From assembly GCF_964204645.1 (NCBI RefSeq), contig NC_134029.1, positions 21,198,950-21,262,949 on the forward strand: a stretch of DNA of 64,000 bases. The letters are read 5' to 3'. Position 1 is the stretch's first letter; each line of letters opens with the position of its first letter. This DNA is from Tubulanus polymorphus (lineage: Eukaryota; Animalia; Nemertea). The notes under the pieces are model-generated. The model did not search any database. It saw only the letters and a list, made by a program, of their open reading frames with translations, and was not told where the DNA came from. The position numbers and the translations under genes are program-made. Below, piece by piece: positions 1 to 12,053 of the stretch.

Positions 1-568
1 TTGAAAATTAAGATGAACAAACTTTTAGCAGTTACTAGATTTTTTAATTTGATGATTTTTGCAGAATTCCTGGTTGCGGATCCGTACTCAAAGTAATCAA
101 AAAAGCTCCAGTCTCGATTTTCAATTGTGGCCATTTATAATTAAATCGTCGAAATATACTCACTCACTAAAACGTGGCCAGCTACACATTTGGATTTCGG
201 GCGTCATTAACCTTTTCAAATTATTTTTCTTGATAATCGTTCTTTCATTATTCATAAATATATTTGTGTTATACGTGTAAACCTATTCAACGACAGTATA
301 TGTACTTCAAAAATCACGTGTAGTTAGAATGAAATATATGACACTATTTGAAAAAGGATCGTTTTTTGAGGGATTTTCCACTAAGGACGACGAGGTGCGT
401 TACGTATACTGAACTGGTATTCAGGTCTTATTATTCACTGTATTTAGGCTATCACGTGACACGTCATTCGTTGTACTAAAGTCCATTCTGTACAGTACAG
501 TAAACCTACGACAAATCATTACTGGTGGAGTAAACTTGTACTGTCTACTGACGACTGACTCGATATAC

Positions 569-576
569 TATAAATA
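569..576 (+). promoter_or_regulatory. TATA box of SULT copy 1, with upstream CACGTG E-boxes
   Basis: TATAAATA at 569-576 precedes a likely short non-coding exon and an intron ending at AG 696-697. CACGTG occurs near 316 and 453. Confidence 0.5.
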
Positions 577-704
577 ACAGCACTGTTGATACCTTTCGAA
601 AGTAACTGAGAAAAAGGTTAGTGTGATCATTCACCTAAATATTTAAAATATCTTGTATACAATGGCTTTATTGCCAATCAATCACGCTTTCTTATAGAAA
701 CACG

Positions 705-1778
705 ATGGAACCAAAAGAAGAAGATCTTTGGCCTCGACCTATCGAATTGATTCATGGCTATCCGTTCAGTGTAACAAACCATAGTAAAGAGCTCATTGAT
801 AAAATAATGAACTTAGAATATAGAGAGGATGACATCATTATAGCGACATATCCCAAAGCAGGTAATTGATCAAACTATCATGAATTGAAAACACTAGCGA
901 TTATAAACCTTTATTCTCGTTTGATAGAGATAATTCGTTGACTATTCTAGTATAGTTTGCAGCTTTGACGTGCTCAAAAACGAAATACGAGATTTTCAGA
1001 ACATGATGTTTTGTTTATGATATATTTCACAGGTACTACGATGACGCAAGAAATAACGTGGTTAGTGATGAATAACGGTGATCTCGAGGCCGCGAAACAG
1101 GACTATCTATCGGCACGGATGCCTTTCTTAGATTTTACACCACCGACTCGTAGCCTGATCTACGGTGATCTCCATACACCTCTAGAACTCTTCTTAAAGC
1201 AAAGTTCTCCTCGGATTTGCAAGATGCATTTACCCTGGAACCTAGGCCCGAGACAAGCTGTCGATAAATTTAAATCTAGATTAATTTACGTCATGAGAAA
1301 TCCTAAAGATATAGCCGTTTCATATTATCATTTCGCACAGGCTTTTGCTAGAACCCCTTTCATTGGCTCCTTTTCCAATTTTCTTAAAGTATTTTTAGCC
1401 CCAAATATGAGTTATGGGCCCATATTTGATCACTATTTGGGTTATTGGAAAGAGCGCCATAGAGAAAATATCCTCATTCTATATTACGAAGATTTGGTTC
1501 ATGATCACAGAGCACAAGTCGTCAAGATCGCTAAATTTCTCCAGAAAGATCTAACCGATGAAGTCATAGATAGAATCGTAGAAGCGACCAAATTCAAATC
1601 TATGAAAGCGAATCCTATGACTAATTATAAAGGTGATGGCTATGCAAAACCTAATGCTCCACCATTTATGCGCAAAGGTGAAACGGGTGATTGGAAGAAC
1701 CACTTTACTGTGGAAGAAGCAGAAACCTTTGATCGTCTGATCGCCGAGAAACTGACATCCGTCGGTATAAAATACTAA
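705..1778 (+). CDS. Cytosolic sulfotransferase (SULT family), copy 1; coding exons 705-861 and 1033-1778
   Basis: Splicing G|gt...ag|GT joins the 5'-PSB loop TYPKAGTT. Also present: catalytic KMHLP, 3'-PB motif RNPKDIAVSYYHF and C-terminal RKGETGDWKNHFT. Confidence 0.95.
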
Positions 1779-2432
1779 ATATTAGTCTCTAAATTCAATG
1801 TGTTGAAAAAAATAATTCAAATGCAATTCAAATTAGTTTTAACTTGGTCGGTCATCAGTGAGTTTTATTTCTCAAGGATTATCGATTAGTGTTTTGTTAT
1901 GAATAAAGATCTATAATATAAGAACAAAGCAAACAACAGTTTTTAATTGTTTTTTCTTCCTTCTTCAAGGAAAATGTCTTTGTTTCATCCGAAAGAACAA
2001 TGTACATGTACAATATATATCGTTGTTTGGTTTATTACACGAATAAATTAGTTACAATTTCTATAACGAATTTGCTTATGAGGATGCCGCAAGACGTGGG
2101 AATTTCACTACTATGAGAAAATATAGATTTTTAGAAGAATGTGGGCTTTAAAAGTCTAAAGAAATGGCGATAATTATTCGAAAATGGCGTTACATTCTAG
2201 AAAAAAATATATCCATCGATAGCTACGTAAAAGCCTTTTAGGCCATCAAACACAACTGTGACATACTATATGTTGTCGTAGCAGTACATTTACATATACG
2301 AAAGGCAGTACATAGTCAACCTGCACCCTGAATAAGAAAGGTAAGACAGACTTTCTGAGGATTAAATTTCACTATATATGCGAAAGTTCTGTTTTGGACA
2401 TTATTTCAGTTGTAAGAAAAAGGTAAATTGCA

Positions 2433-3542
2433 ATGGAACCGAAGGAACAGGATAAAAATTGGCATCGACCAATTGAATTTCGTGGCTATAAATTCGATAA
2501 GGACAGACACAGCATAAAGCTCCTTGAGGAAATAATGAGCTTAGAATTCAGGGAAGATGATGTCATCATTGCTACATATCCCAAAGCAGGTAAACATTTA
2601 AAGCCCAGTAAACCGCATTGAGGGACATCAGCATTTGACAGAAAATGAATTTATTGACTTTATTGATAAAACCTTGATAAGTAAGTCACGTTATTTGGCT
2701 TAATTCATGATATCAGTTACATCGTGGACGACAGCTTTGTAAACGACGATACTTTCAACGACTCTGGAGAAAAGAATGATTAATCTATCTTTACAGGGAC
2801 AACGATGACCCAAGAAATAACGTGGTTAGTGATGAATAACGGAGACGTAGAGGCCGCTAAACTGGAATATGTATCGGCACGTTTACCGTTCTTGGAATAT
2901 GCTCCATTAACTCGTAGTATGATCTACGGTAAAATTCACACGCCGCTAGAACTGTTCCTAAAGCAAAATTCTCCTCGAATGTGCAAGGTACATTTACCTT
3001 GGAATATAGGGCCGAGACGAGCTGTCGAAAAGTTCAATTCCAGATTAATATACGTCATGAGAAATCCTAAAGATGCAGTCGTTTCTACCTTTCATTTTGT
3101 GCAGGGATTTACAAAAAACCCGTTCACTGGTTCGTTTTCCGATTTTCTCAAAGTCTATTTAGCACCCGAAAAGGCATACGGGACTATATTTGATCATTAT
3201 TTGGGTTATTGGAAAGAGCGCCATAGAGAAAATATCCTTATTCTATATTACGAAGATTTGGTTCACGATCACAGAGCACAAGTAGTGAAGATCGCTGAAT
3301 TTCTCCAGAAAGATCTATCGGATGATGTCGTTGATAGAATCGTAGAAGCGACAAAATTCAAAGTGATGAAAGAGAATCCTATGACTAACTATGTTTATGA
3401 TGACTACGCAAAACCTAATGCCCCACCGTTTATGCGCAAAGGTGAAACGGGTGATTGGAAAAACCACTTTACACCCGAAGAAGCAGACATCTTTGATCGC
3501 CTAATCGCTGAGAAACTGACATCCGTCGGTATACAATGCTAA
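2433..3542 (+). CDS. Cytosolic sulfotransferase, copy 2; exons 2433-2589 and 2797-3542
   Basis: Same intron position and motifs as copy 1 (TYPKAGTT, KVHLP, RNPKD, RKGETGDWKNHFT). Confidence 0.95.
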
Positions 3543-4129
3543 GTATTAGTCTATAAATTCAATATATTAAACAAATGATCCAAGATATAATTTCAATCTC
3601 TTTTTAGTTTGTCGGTCATCAGTGAGTTTCATTTCTCAAGGATTATGTTATCGATTAGTGTTTTTGTAGTACAAATAAAGGTCATCTATAAGAACAGTTT
3701 TAATGCGAACAACAGTTTTTAATTGTTTTTCTTCTTTCTTCTTTTTCTTTTGTTGGTTGTTATGAGAATTCTGATGGACGTCGTAATTTCACTATTGAAA
3801 AGAGAGATACACGTATTCAGAAGTATATGTGGGCTTTAAAAGACAAAACCAACATATGAAATGGCGAATGATAGTTATTCGAAGATGGCGTTACAAACAT
3901 AAAAACATATGCACTGATTAAAACCTTTTACGTTATGAAACACGACTGTGACATAATACATGGTGGGAGCAGTACATTTACGAAAGTCACTTGACAGTAA
4001 ACAGTCGATCAGTATACTCTGAATAAGAAAGATAAGACTGACCTTCTGAGTATTGAATTGTATAAAAAGCTACGTATGTGAAAGTTCTGTTCTGGCCAAT
4101 TTACATGTTATAAAAAGAAGAAAATTGCA

Positions 4130-5204
4130 ATGGAACAAAAGGAACAGGATAAAAAATGGCATCGACCGATTGAATTTCATGGCTGTCAATTCAATAAGGG
4201 CATACACAATAAAGAGCTCCTTGAGGAAATAATGAGCTTAGAATTCAGGGAAGATGATGTCATTGTTGCCACGTACCCCAAAGCAGGTAAATATTTAGAT
4301 GAGCGGACCATGAGTGATTTCAGCATTTGGTAGAAAGTAACAATTGTATTGGTAAAACCTTAATCATTTATTCACGATGATGTGACTGAATTCATGAATT
4401 TATTTATTTTTCGATGTTGTCAACGGCTGTGGAGAAAATAATGATTGTCTCTTAACAGGAACAACGCTGACACAAGAAATAACGTGGTTAGTGATGAATA
4501 ACGGAGACGTAGAGGCCGCTAAACTGGAATATGTATCGGCACGTTTACCGTTCTTGGAGTATGCTCCACTAACTCGTAGTATGATCTACGGTAAAATTCA
4601 CACGCCGCTAGAACTGTTCCTAAAGCAAAATTCTCCTCGAATGTGCAAGGTACATTTACCATGGAATATAGGGCCAAGTAGAGCTGTCGATGAATTTAAT
4701 TCTAGATTGATATACGTCATGAGAAATCCTAAAGATACAGCTGTATCTAACTATCACTTTGCGCAAGGCTTTACTAAAAACCCGTTCACTGGCTCATTTT
4801 CCGATTTTCTCAAAGTCTATTTAGCACCCGAAATGGCATACGGGACTATTTTTGATCATTATTTGGGTTATTGGAATGAGCGCTATAGAGAAAATATCCT
4901 GATACTATATTACGAAGATTTGGTTCATGATCACAGAGCACAAGTTGTGAAGATCGCTGAATTTCTCCAGAAAGATCTATCAGATGAAGTCGTGGATAGA
5001 ATCGTCGCAGCAACCAAATTCAAAGTGATGAAAGAGAATCCTATGACTAACTATGTTTATGATGGCTTTGCTAGACCTAATGCCAAACCATTTATGCGTA
5101 AAGGTGAAACGGGTGATTGGAAAAACCACTTTACACCGGAAGAAGCAGACATCTTTGATCGTCTGATCGCCGAGAAACTGACATCTGTTGGTATAAAATA
5201 CTAG
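4130..5204 (+). CDS. Cytosolic sulfotransferase, copy 3; exons 4130-4286 and 4459-5204
   Basis: Same intron position and motifs; highly similar to copy 2. Confidence 0.95.
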
Positions 5205-5573
5205 CTATCAGCCGCATTGTGTCATTTTATTTCATAGTTCTGTTAGAATTCCTATTAACTGAGAGAATAATTTTTAAAGGACCAAAGTAATTTAGTAGAT
5301 ACACGTATGGACACATTTCTTAGATGAACTAATGGGACTTTCAGATCTATATTGATATTACCGTATATGTTCATGTAGCGAAATAAACTATGATATCGCA
5401 ATCGACGATATCATTGATATTTCTGATCGAGTATCTTATACCTGGCCTTACAACCTTTCACACTTGCCACGTGTGACAGGCATCGGCTGCCTCGTGCTTT
5501 CTTATCTCAAAGATATTTCGAGAGGTTTTACTGCATTATTTTATCTATTCTACCGTCGTTACCGCCTGTCGGC

Positions 5574-5620
5574 TCGAACTGGTTCGAACTGGTGTTGCTC
5601 GAACTGGTCCTCTATATAAA
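5574..5620 (+). promoter_or_regulatory. MATE promoter: three TCGAACTGGT repeats followed by TATATAAA
   Basis: CGAACT at 5575, 5585 and 5600. The TATA box at 5613-5620 lies about 150 nt before the ATG at 5768. Confidence 0.5.
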
Positions 5621-5767
5621 GGCAGATCTTCAATGAATCAATTATCAGATTACTAGAAATCGCTCACAGATACCAGTTAATCATCCTACATAATCTGTAA
5701 TTCGTAAAAGTTGTAGGGCCATAGAGGAGTACGTAACAAATTGAAAATAAAGATTATATCAGGCAAA

Positions 5768-8700
5768 ATGCCACCGACAACTCAGGTAGGGTTGATTTTC
5801 TCGGAAACTTTTCTCCATCGTTTTTGTACTATCTCTATATGTTCAAGGTTCATTTACTATTTTCACTTATATTCATTAAAAAAGGTTCGTTATGATCGTT
5901 TAGTAGAGGAGACTGATTCTATCCTGGATAAGCCGGGTAAAGGTATGCCTACAGCCCTATATTATATTACGGATCTTCTATTTCATTTACGGAAACTTGA
6001 TTCCCTTTTATTTACCTCTTCTAAAGATGATGCGATTTACACGTCTGTATCTGGTGCCACAATCACGTCACGAATACCAGGGTGGTTTAAAACGGAACTC
6101 AAACAACAGCTGAAGCTCGCTTGGCCATTGGTACGTGATAACATTTCCTTTATAAAATAAACTTATTCTGTAATACGTTTTACGAAATCTTAATACTTTT
6201 CATCTTGATCTAGGTGTTGGTAGTTGGATTCACGAATATAGCGCCAACAATGAGTTTGGCATTTACTGGTCACTTGGATACTACATCTCTGGCCGGACAA
6301 TCGTTGGCCATATCTGTGAGTGCAACCAATTCTATACCCATCATTTATAGTTTAAGAAATGGTTACCTTTTTGTACGGAGATTTCTATTTCTTCGTTGGC
6401 AAGTCTCCCGACATACACGTCTCTTAGAAATAAATTTGTACCTGCCTATTTTTCTTCCTAAGAGACCAAAAGGACAAACTGCTTTTTTCATGACCAGAAA
6501 TATGTATCGGTAAAGTTATATCATTCATTTCTCGCTATCATATTTTGCAGTTGATAAATGTTCTTGCGATAGGCGTCGGAATTGGACTCAGTTCTGCCTG
6601 TGATACTATGTTCGCTCAGGTTTGTTCTTCATATCATCCTATATTTCATAAACCAACATATTACGGAAAATCTTCAGAATTTCACAGAACTTATTTCTAC
6701 GTAATTCGATTAAAATTCTAATCTGAATGATATTAATAGGCCTATTGTATTCGTAAAAACGAAATTTAGAATCACGAGCTTACTCATTTGCCTGATGAAG
6801 CTACTATGAATTCCTGCTTTGCCTTGATAATTTGATATCAGGTTGGCGCGGTTCTTCTATACGTAATTCGAATAATTTCTCGCATCTCGCGCGAAAGAAG
6901 TTATTTCATACGTATTTTTTGTTTGTAGACGTTCGGAACAGAACAGAAAAAAGAGATTGGGAATCAATTACAGCGGTGTAAGTGAAATATATATTCATAT
7001 GACAATTAAATTCAAAATTTATTCAGTAAATAATCACATAATGATTGAGGCTAAAGGACAGTACATAGAAAATTCCATAAAACGAATGAGTTGATCAACA
7101 AGTCAAATTCAAAGAGACAAGGTCTAAGTGTAACTGTAAATAATCAGAATACCGCGGCGCATTAGTGTTTACGCGTGATCGTCGTTTTGCTACAAGGGAC
7201 CTGTTCAAACCGGCGCTTACAAACCACAACGACGTATCTTTATTCGATCTGTTTATCAAAGCTAATCTTTCAAAATGCTATAGGCAGGTTAAATATCATT
7301 GGTTAAGTATCATTACCTGTTTTCGAGTATGTTCCACGGATTTGATAACAACTCATCAAAACAACCTATCATTTTACGTATTCGTCGTATAGGCCTCAAT
7401 ACGGTTATATCTTCAACGCCAGATAAAGTTTATGATATTCTTCGATCGAATAAGATATAATATTTTTAGGCCTGAGATGGAAATAAAACTTTCTAATCGG
7501 TTGACCATTTGCGAATGTGTTTTGTAGGTTTAATAATGATGACTTTGTACTGCTTTCCGATATGGTCTTTGTTCATGAACGCAGAATCGTTGCTGTTATT
7601 AACCGGACAAGAACCTGCTGTAGCGAAGTAAGAAACTAATAACGATTCCCCGAGGTGGAAGATATCATTTCTCCTTTCTGGAGATATACAATTAACTTTC
7701 GGATATTGAAGGAACGCAATGATCCACTTGGCAAAAATGTGTAAAAATGAATACAAGAAGTTGGAAAAGATTTTTTGAAATCTATGTAATAATCTATCTA
7801 TGTACACATACTAAACGTTTTGATATTTCTCCTTGTTGATGGATGAGTTTAAAAAGGTAAATCGTGGAATATTGTTTACGTTCCTTCAATATTCGATACC
7901 TGATATATACCTCAATTATGACCAATATTGTTATTTCTATCAGGTATAACTCGTAAGTATCTATATGTTTCCTAATTAGGGCTATATGGAAATTAGGTAT
8001 AATGTAACACCTACATATTTTTCTGCACTATGAATGACATCTTTTTCATAGAGAATTCACGAGAACTTTTTCTGTTTTGTCTATTGTGTTATGTAGGATT
8101 GCTGCCGACTATCTGTTATGGTTTTTCCCTGGTGTATGGGTAAGATCTATCAACAAGACATCAACACGCACACAAGCTCACAGTCAACCAACTCTCTGCT
8201 TACAGTCCCGTTGTTCGCGCGGGTCACACACCCATCGTCGTTGATTCTTTGCGTCAAAACAAACTTCAAGTTGACGAACGAACTTGAACGAAATTGTTTT
8301 GGGCCCGGTCACACAAAACTGTCAAAGCTTGGAATTGCAATTTCATTTACCGTATCTTCTGAATAGGAGTTCATGACGTTTTGTGAAACCGGGCCCAGTT
8401 ATCGAACGGTTCGGTATTATCTAAGTCGATATATACGTTGAAGATTGACATTTTGATTTATTGATCGTGATGAATCTTTCAACGATTTATTTTATCGTAA
8501 TATTTATGTAAATACAAACACTCAATTTTTATAATCGATTAAACATTGGATCTTGCATTTTTCAATAACTACCTCGTAAAAACGAAAATATCGACTTGAT
8601 CTTACCCAACAACAATGACTAACTTATCTAAATGATCTTAGAAGTCTTAACGTTTTTCTAATTCAAACGTTTCCTAATTTTTCAGTTCAACTTCATGTAC

Positions 8701-10722
8701 AACGTGCTCTGTAGATATTTGATGAACCAAAATATTGTTAGACCACTGGTTGTAGTCGGTTTCCTTGCAAATGTAGTCAATGCTGGATTCCATTACCTGT
8801 TTGTGTTTACACTTGACTTCGGATCTAGGTAAATGTAAATAACTCTTCACAGAATTACCACGTTAACTTTAATATATTGAGTTTTTTGAAATATTTTCCA
8901 GAAAAATTTCAATACAATTCCTATACATAAGTTAGAATTAAAATTTTTCATTACAGGGGTTCCGCAATAGCGCTCTCGAGTACGTATGCTGGCCTTGCTA
9001 TCTTCACCTCCCTGTATATAATCATATTCCGCATTCATAAACCAACCTGGGACGGTTGGAGTTTATCGGCTTTCAAAAATTGGGGTACGTTCAATCGTCT
9101 GGCTATACCGGGTATGTGTATGGTACTCTTGGAGTGGTCGGCACTTGAGATATCGACCATTATGGCAGGTAAGCTGCGGGGCAGATGATAAAAAAGTAAT
9201 CTTCTCTGGACTTGAATATTTATGACGTAATTTTTTCCTGTTTAGGTACGCTCGGAGAGGTTGAAGTTGCTACCCAGATTATCATCATGCAACTCGCCGT
9301 TATAACCTATAGTGTTAGTATCAGACATAATTAAGACCTTGATTCGTCTCATATTCAAGTCATAAAAGTTACTAAGATACCTTCGGTTTATTTCAGATGT
9401 ATTTTGGTTTGTCAGTTGTTGTCAGTGTCAGGGTTGGTCAATCCCTAGGTAGAAATAATCCTACTGATGCTAAACACGCGGTCCGTGTATCATTCGCCAT
9501 CTCTTGTGAGTATGTCGCAATATAAGGCGATTCATCATTAGTAAAATCGGTAAAATTGGATTCGTTGATCTCAGACACATGAATATGCTTTCATTTCAGT
9601 ATGTTTGTGTACTATCGGTTCCATCTTTTTCTTATCGTTGAAAGACGTTTTACCACCACTTTTCAGTAATGACAGGTAAGCAATAAAACCAAAAAATAAA
9701 TCAATTCCAAACTAATTGAAAATTTGTGCTCTTTTCACGGGAACAACGAAAAAGAAACCTATTATGTTTTAAGATTATTGATCCCAAAAACAATTTTCAA
9801 AAACGAAAGATCGTTGTTTCAATTTTTGCTCGAACGTCTTTTTGCAGCCGAGTCATCGATTCCGTTTCTGACGTGTTATGGTTGATGGTTCCCTATCAGT
9901 TTTTGTCCGGGTTATCGATCGTATATTCGGGTATATTGCGAGGTTGCGGTAGACAGGTTATCGGGGCTATTGTTTATCTAGTATGTTTCTACGGTCTCAT
10001 AGTTCCGCTGGGACTGTACCTGATGTTGGGAACGCCACTAAAAGTGAAAGGTACGAGGGACCTCCCAAGTCGGGATTAAATGAATTAAAACAGGGCCGTC
10101 AAAACAAGTGTTACTGCATTGAACATGCTCACTTGATCAGATTTTATAACAATTTTTCTAGGAAATTGGATCGGTAATTCGGCAGGGCAGATCTTCTCCA
10201 CGCTTACATTTTGTTTGATAGTTTTCTGCACGAATTGGAAAAAGGAAGCAGCGAAGGTATATAGAATTAATCGCGCGTTCAAAGTTATACGAGTTTCATC
10301 GTTATCTTGGTGTTTTAACGGACGAATTATGTTTTTCGATCGCTAGGTTGGCGAAAGAACGGGTCTGAAATTATCCGATGAACCAGGACGGAGGTCGTAC
10401 GGTACAACGCCAGTGGAAGAATCTGGAAATACGGGTATTATTCAAGAAACCTTTCAGGCACGATTAGTAACTAATCGCTATGATTTGAATAATTCATGTT
10501 CATCTCTTGTGAAATGTCGTATTTTCAGAAGAGCCGCGAGAAAGTCCGACGAAAATAGCGTTAAAACGCGTTGCAGTGGTTTTAGTATTTTCGGCAATTC
10601 TGTTTGGCGGAATTATGGCGAGGGAATATGCTCCGATGCCGTCTTCAAGCTGGCCACACGATTTCCCGTCGTCAAACAACGCGACAAATTCGACGGATGT
10701 CAATAATTCGCCTTCGTTTTGA
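5768..10722 (+). CDS. Multidrug and toxin extrusion (MATE/SLC47-like) transporter, about 17 coding exons
   Basis: Spliced exons give ELKQQLKLAWPL, FTGHLDTTSLAGQSLA, GLSSACDTMFAQTFG, WDGWS..AFKNWGTFNRLAIPGMCMVLLEWSALE, SVRVGQSLG and SGILRGCGRQVIGA. The last exon encodes the metazoan-type TM13 (KRVAVVLVFSAILFGGIM) and ends at TGA 10720-10722. Confidence 0.92.
8301..8396. mobile_element. Short MITE in a MATE intron
   Basis: Terminal inverted repeats GGGCCCGGTCACACAAAAC...GTTTTGTGAAACCGGGCCC. Confidence 0.6.
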
Positions 10723-11272
10723 ATTCCGACGATAAAAGCAATATAATATATACCGGTGCTCATATTGTAAGCTTTCATTTCTGAAAACAATCTGTAAATA
10801 TGAAATCCAGAGCGAACAAACTTCTCAGCTTCGCTCATTTTCAAACTCTTACATGCAATTCCACACTTATTGCGCATTTCTTCGTTATATGTATATGTAT
10901 ATATATACATATACATATATATCAATACGAATTCATATAAAGGTTATGTTTGAAAAAGGAATATACTTCGATGCCACACGATTCCTCGTCGTCAAAAACA
11001 TGACAAATTCGACAGATTGTAAATGACTGGCCTGTGATCTTAATCTAAAAAATAGATCTTAATCTAAAAAATAGCTCAGTGTTGCAATACCGGTACTCAT
11101 AGTGTAAGAGCTTTTATTTCTGAAAACAATCTGTAAATATGAAATCAAGAGCGAACAAACTTCTCAGCTTTGCTCATTATTAATCTCTTATATACAGTTC
11201 CATATTTATTGCGCATCTCTTCCTATATGTCGATGTATTAATGTAAATTCATGTAAAGGTTATGTTTGAAAA
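10652..11272 (+). repeat. Diverged tandem duplication (~320 bp unit) of the MATE C-terminus and 3'UTR
   Basis: 10652-10955 aligns with 10973-11272: both begin GCCACACGATT, share TTTCTGAAAACAATCTGTAAATATGAAATC and end TAAAGGTTATGTTTGAAAA. Confidence 0.85.
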
Positions 11273-12053
11273 TAAAATACATATGTATATGAGTTAATGA
11301 AATACTATTTCTGTGTAGTTTGATCGCGAGGTATATAACGCAATCGTTGATTTCAATCGTGGTTCGAACCTGAATATCTAATTTCGATTTCAATTTCGCA
11401 AATACGGTATAGGCTTGAATACTGGTACGAAACCTGACACGACGCTGATGTGAACGTCGATTTTGAAGTGCAATTACCTGCTGATAATTCGGCCTTAATG
11501 AGTCGATATTGCTACCTCTTCACGGCCCGTGATTACTCCCACCCAGGGGGGAGATATTTCAATTAGATAATAATAAGCGAGCAATTCAAGCTTTCCGGTT
11601 TTCATTGCAGCTTTTCATATTCAAAGTCTATTAAAGTTGATTGCTGCGTACGGGCTAAATTAGATCGGGTCCCGGCAATGGTTCTTGGTGGTTTGATGGA
11701 TAGAAGGAAATTGTAGACCGGCTGCTAACGGCAACCGGGGAAAACTGTAGAATGTGGCTATTTATCTGATTGTGCTGCTGGTTTTGTGAACCAAAAGGTG
11801 TTTGGATGGACGTATCAAATCAACACGCTCAACTTCGGTTCATTCGCCGGGCAGCTTTTCATAACGAAAATATTTTCTTTCGTGTCAAACAAACTTGAAG
11901 TCGACGCCGGTGTTATTCGAGTCGATGGATGGAGATGAAATCGAAATTTAATCTCTCGGATTAAAACAGAAGGATAGAAGTCGTCATAATAGTTCGATTG
12001 TATGAATATCAGGGCTAGTTTTTTTTTGAAATAAAACCCCGTTGACAAATATC

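Noticed and set aside
6791-6830. CTGATGA as a hammerhead core
   Set aside because: No stem II or downstream GAAA.
10413-10706. ORF-track frame as the MATE C-terminus
   Set aside because: It runs through an intron. The spliced last exon uses another frame, encoding TM13 and ending at 10722.
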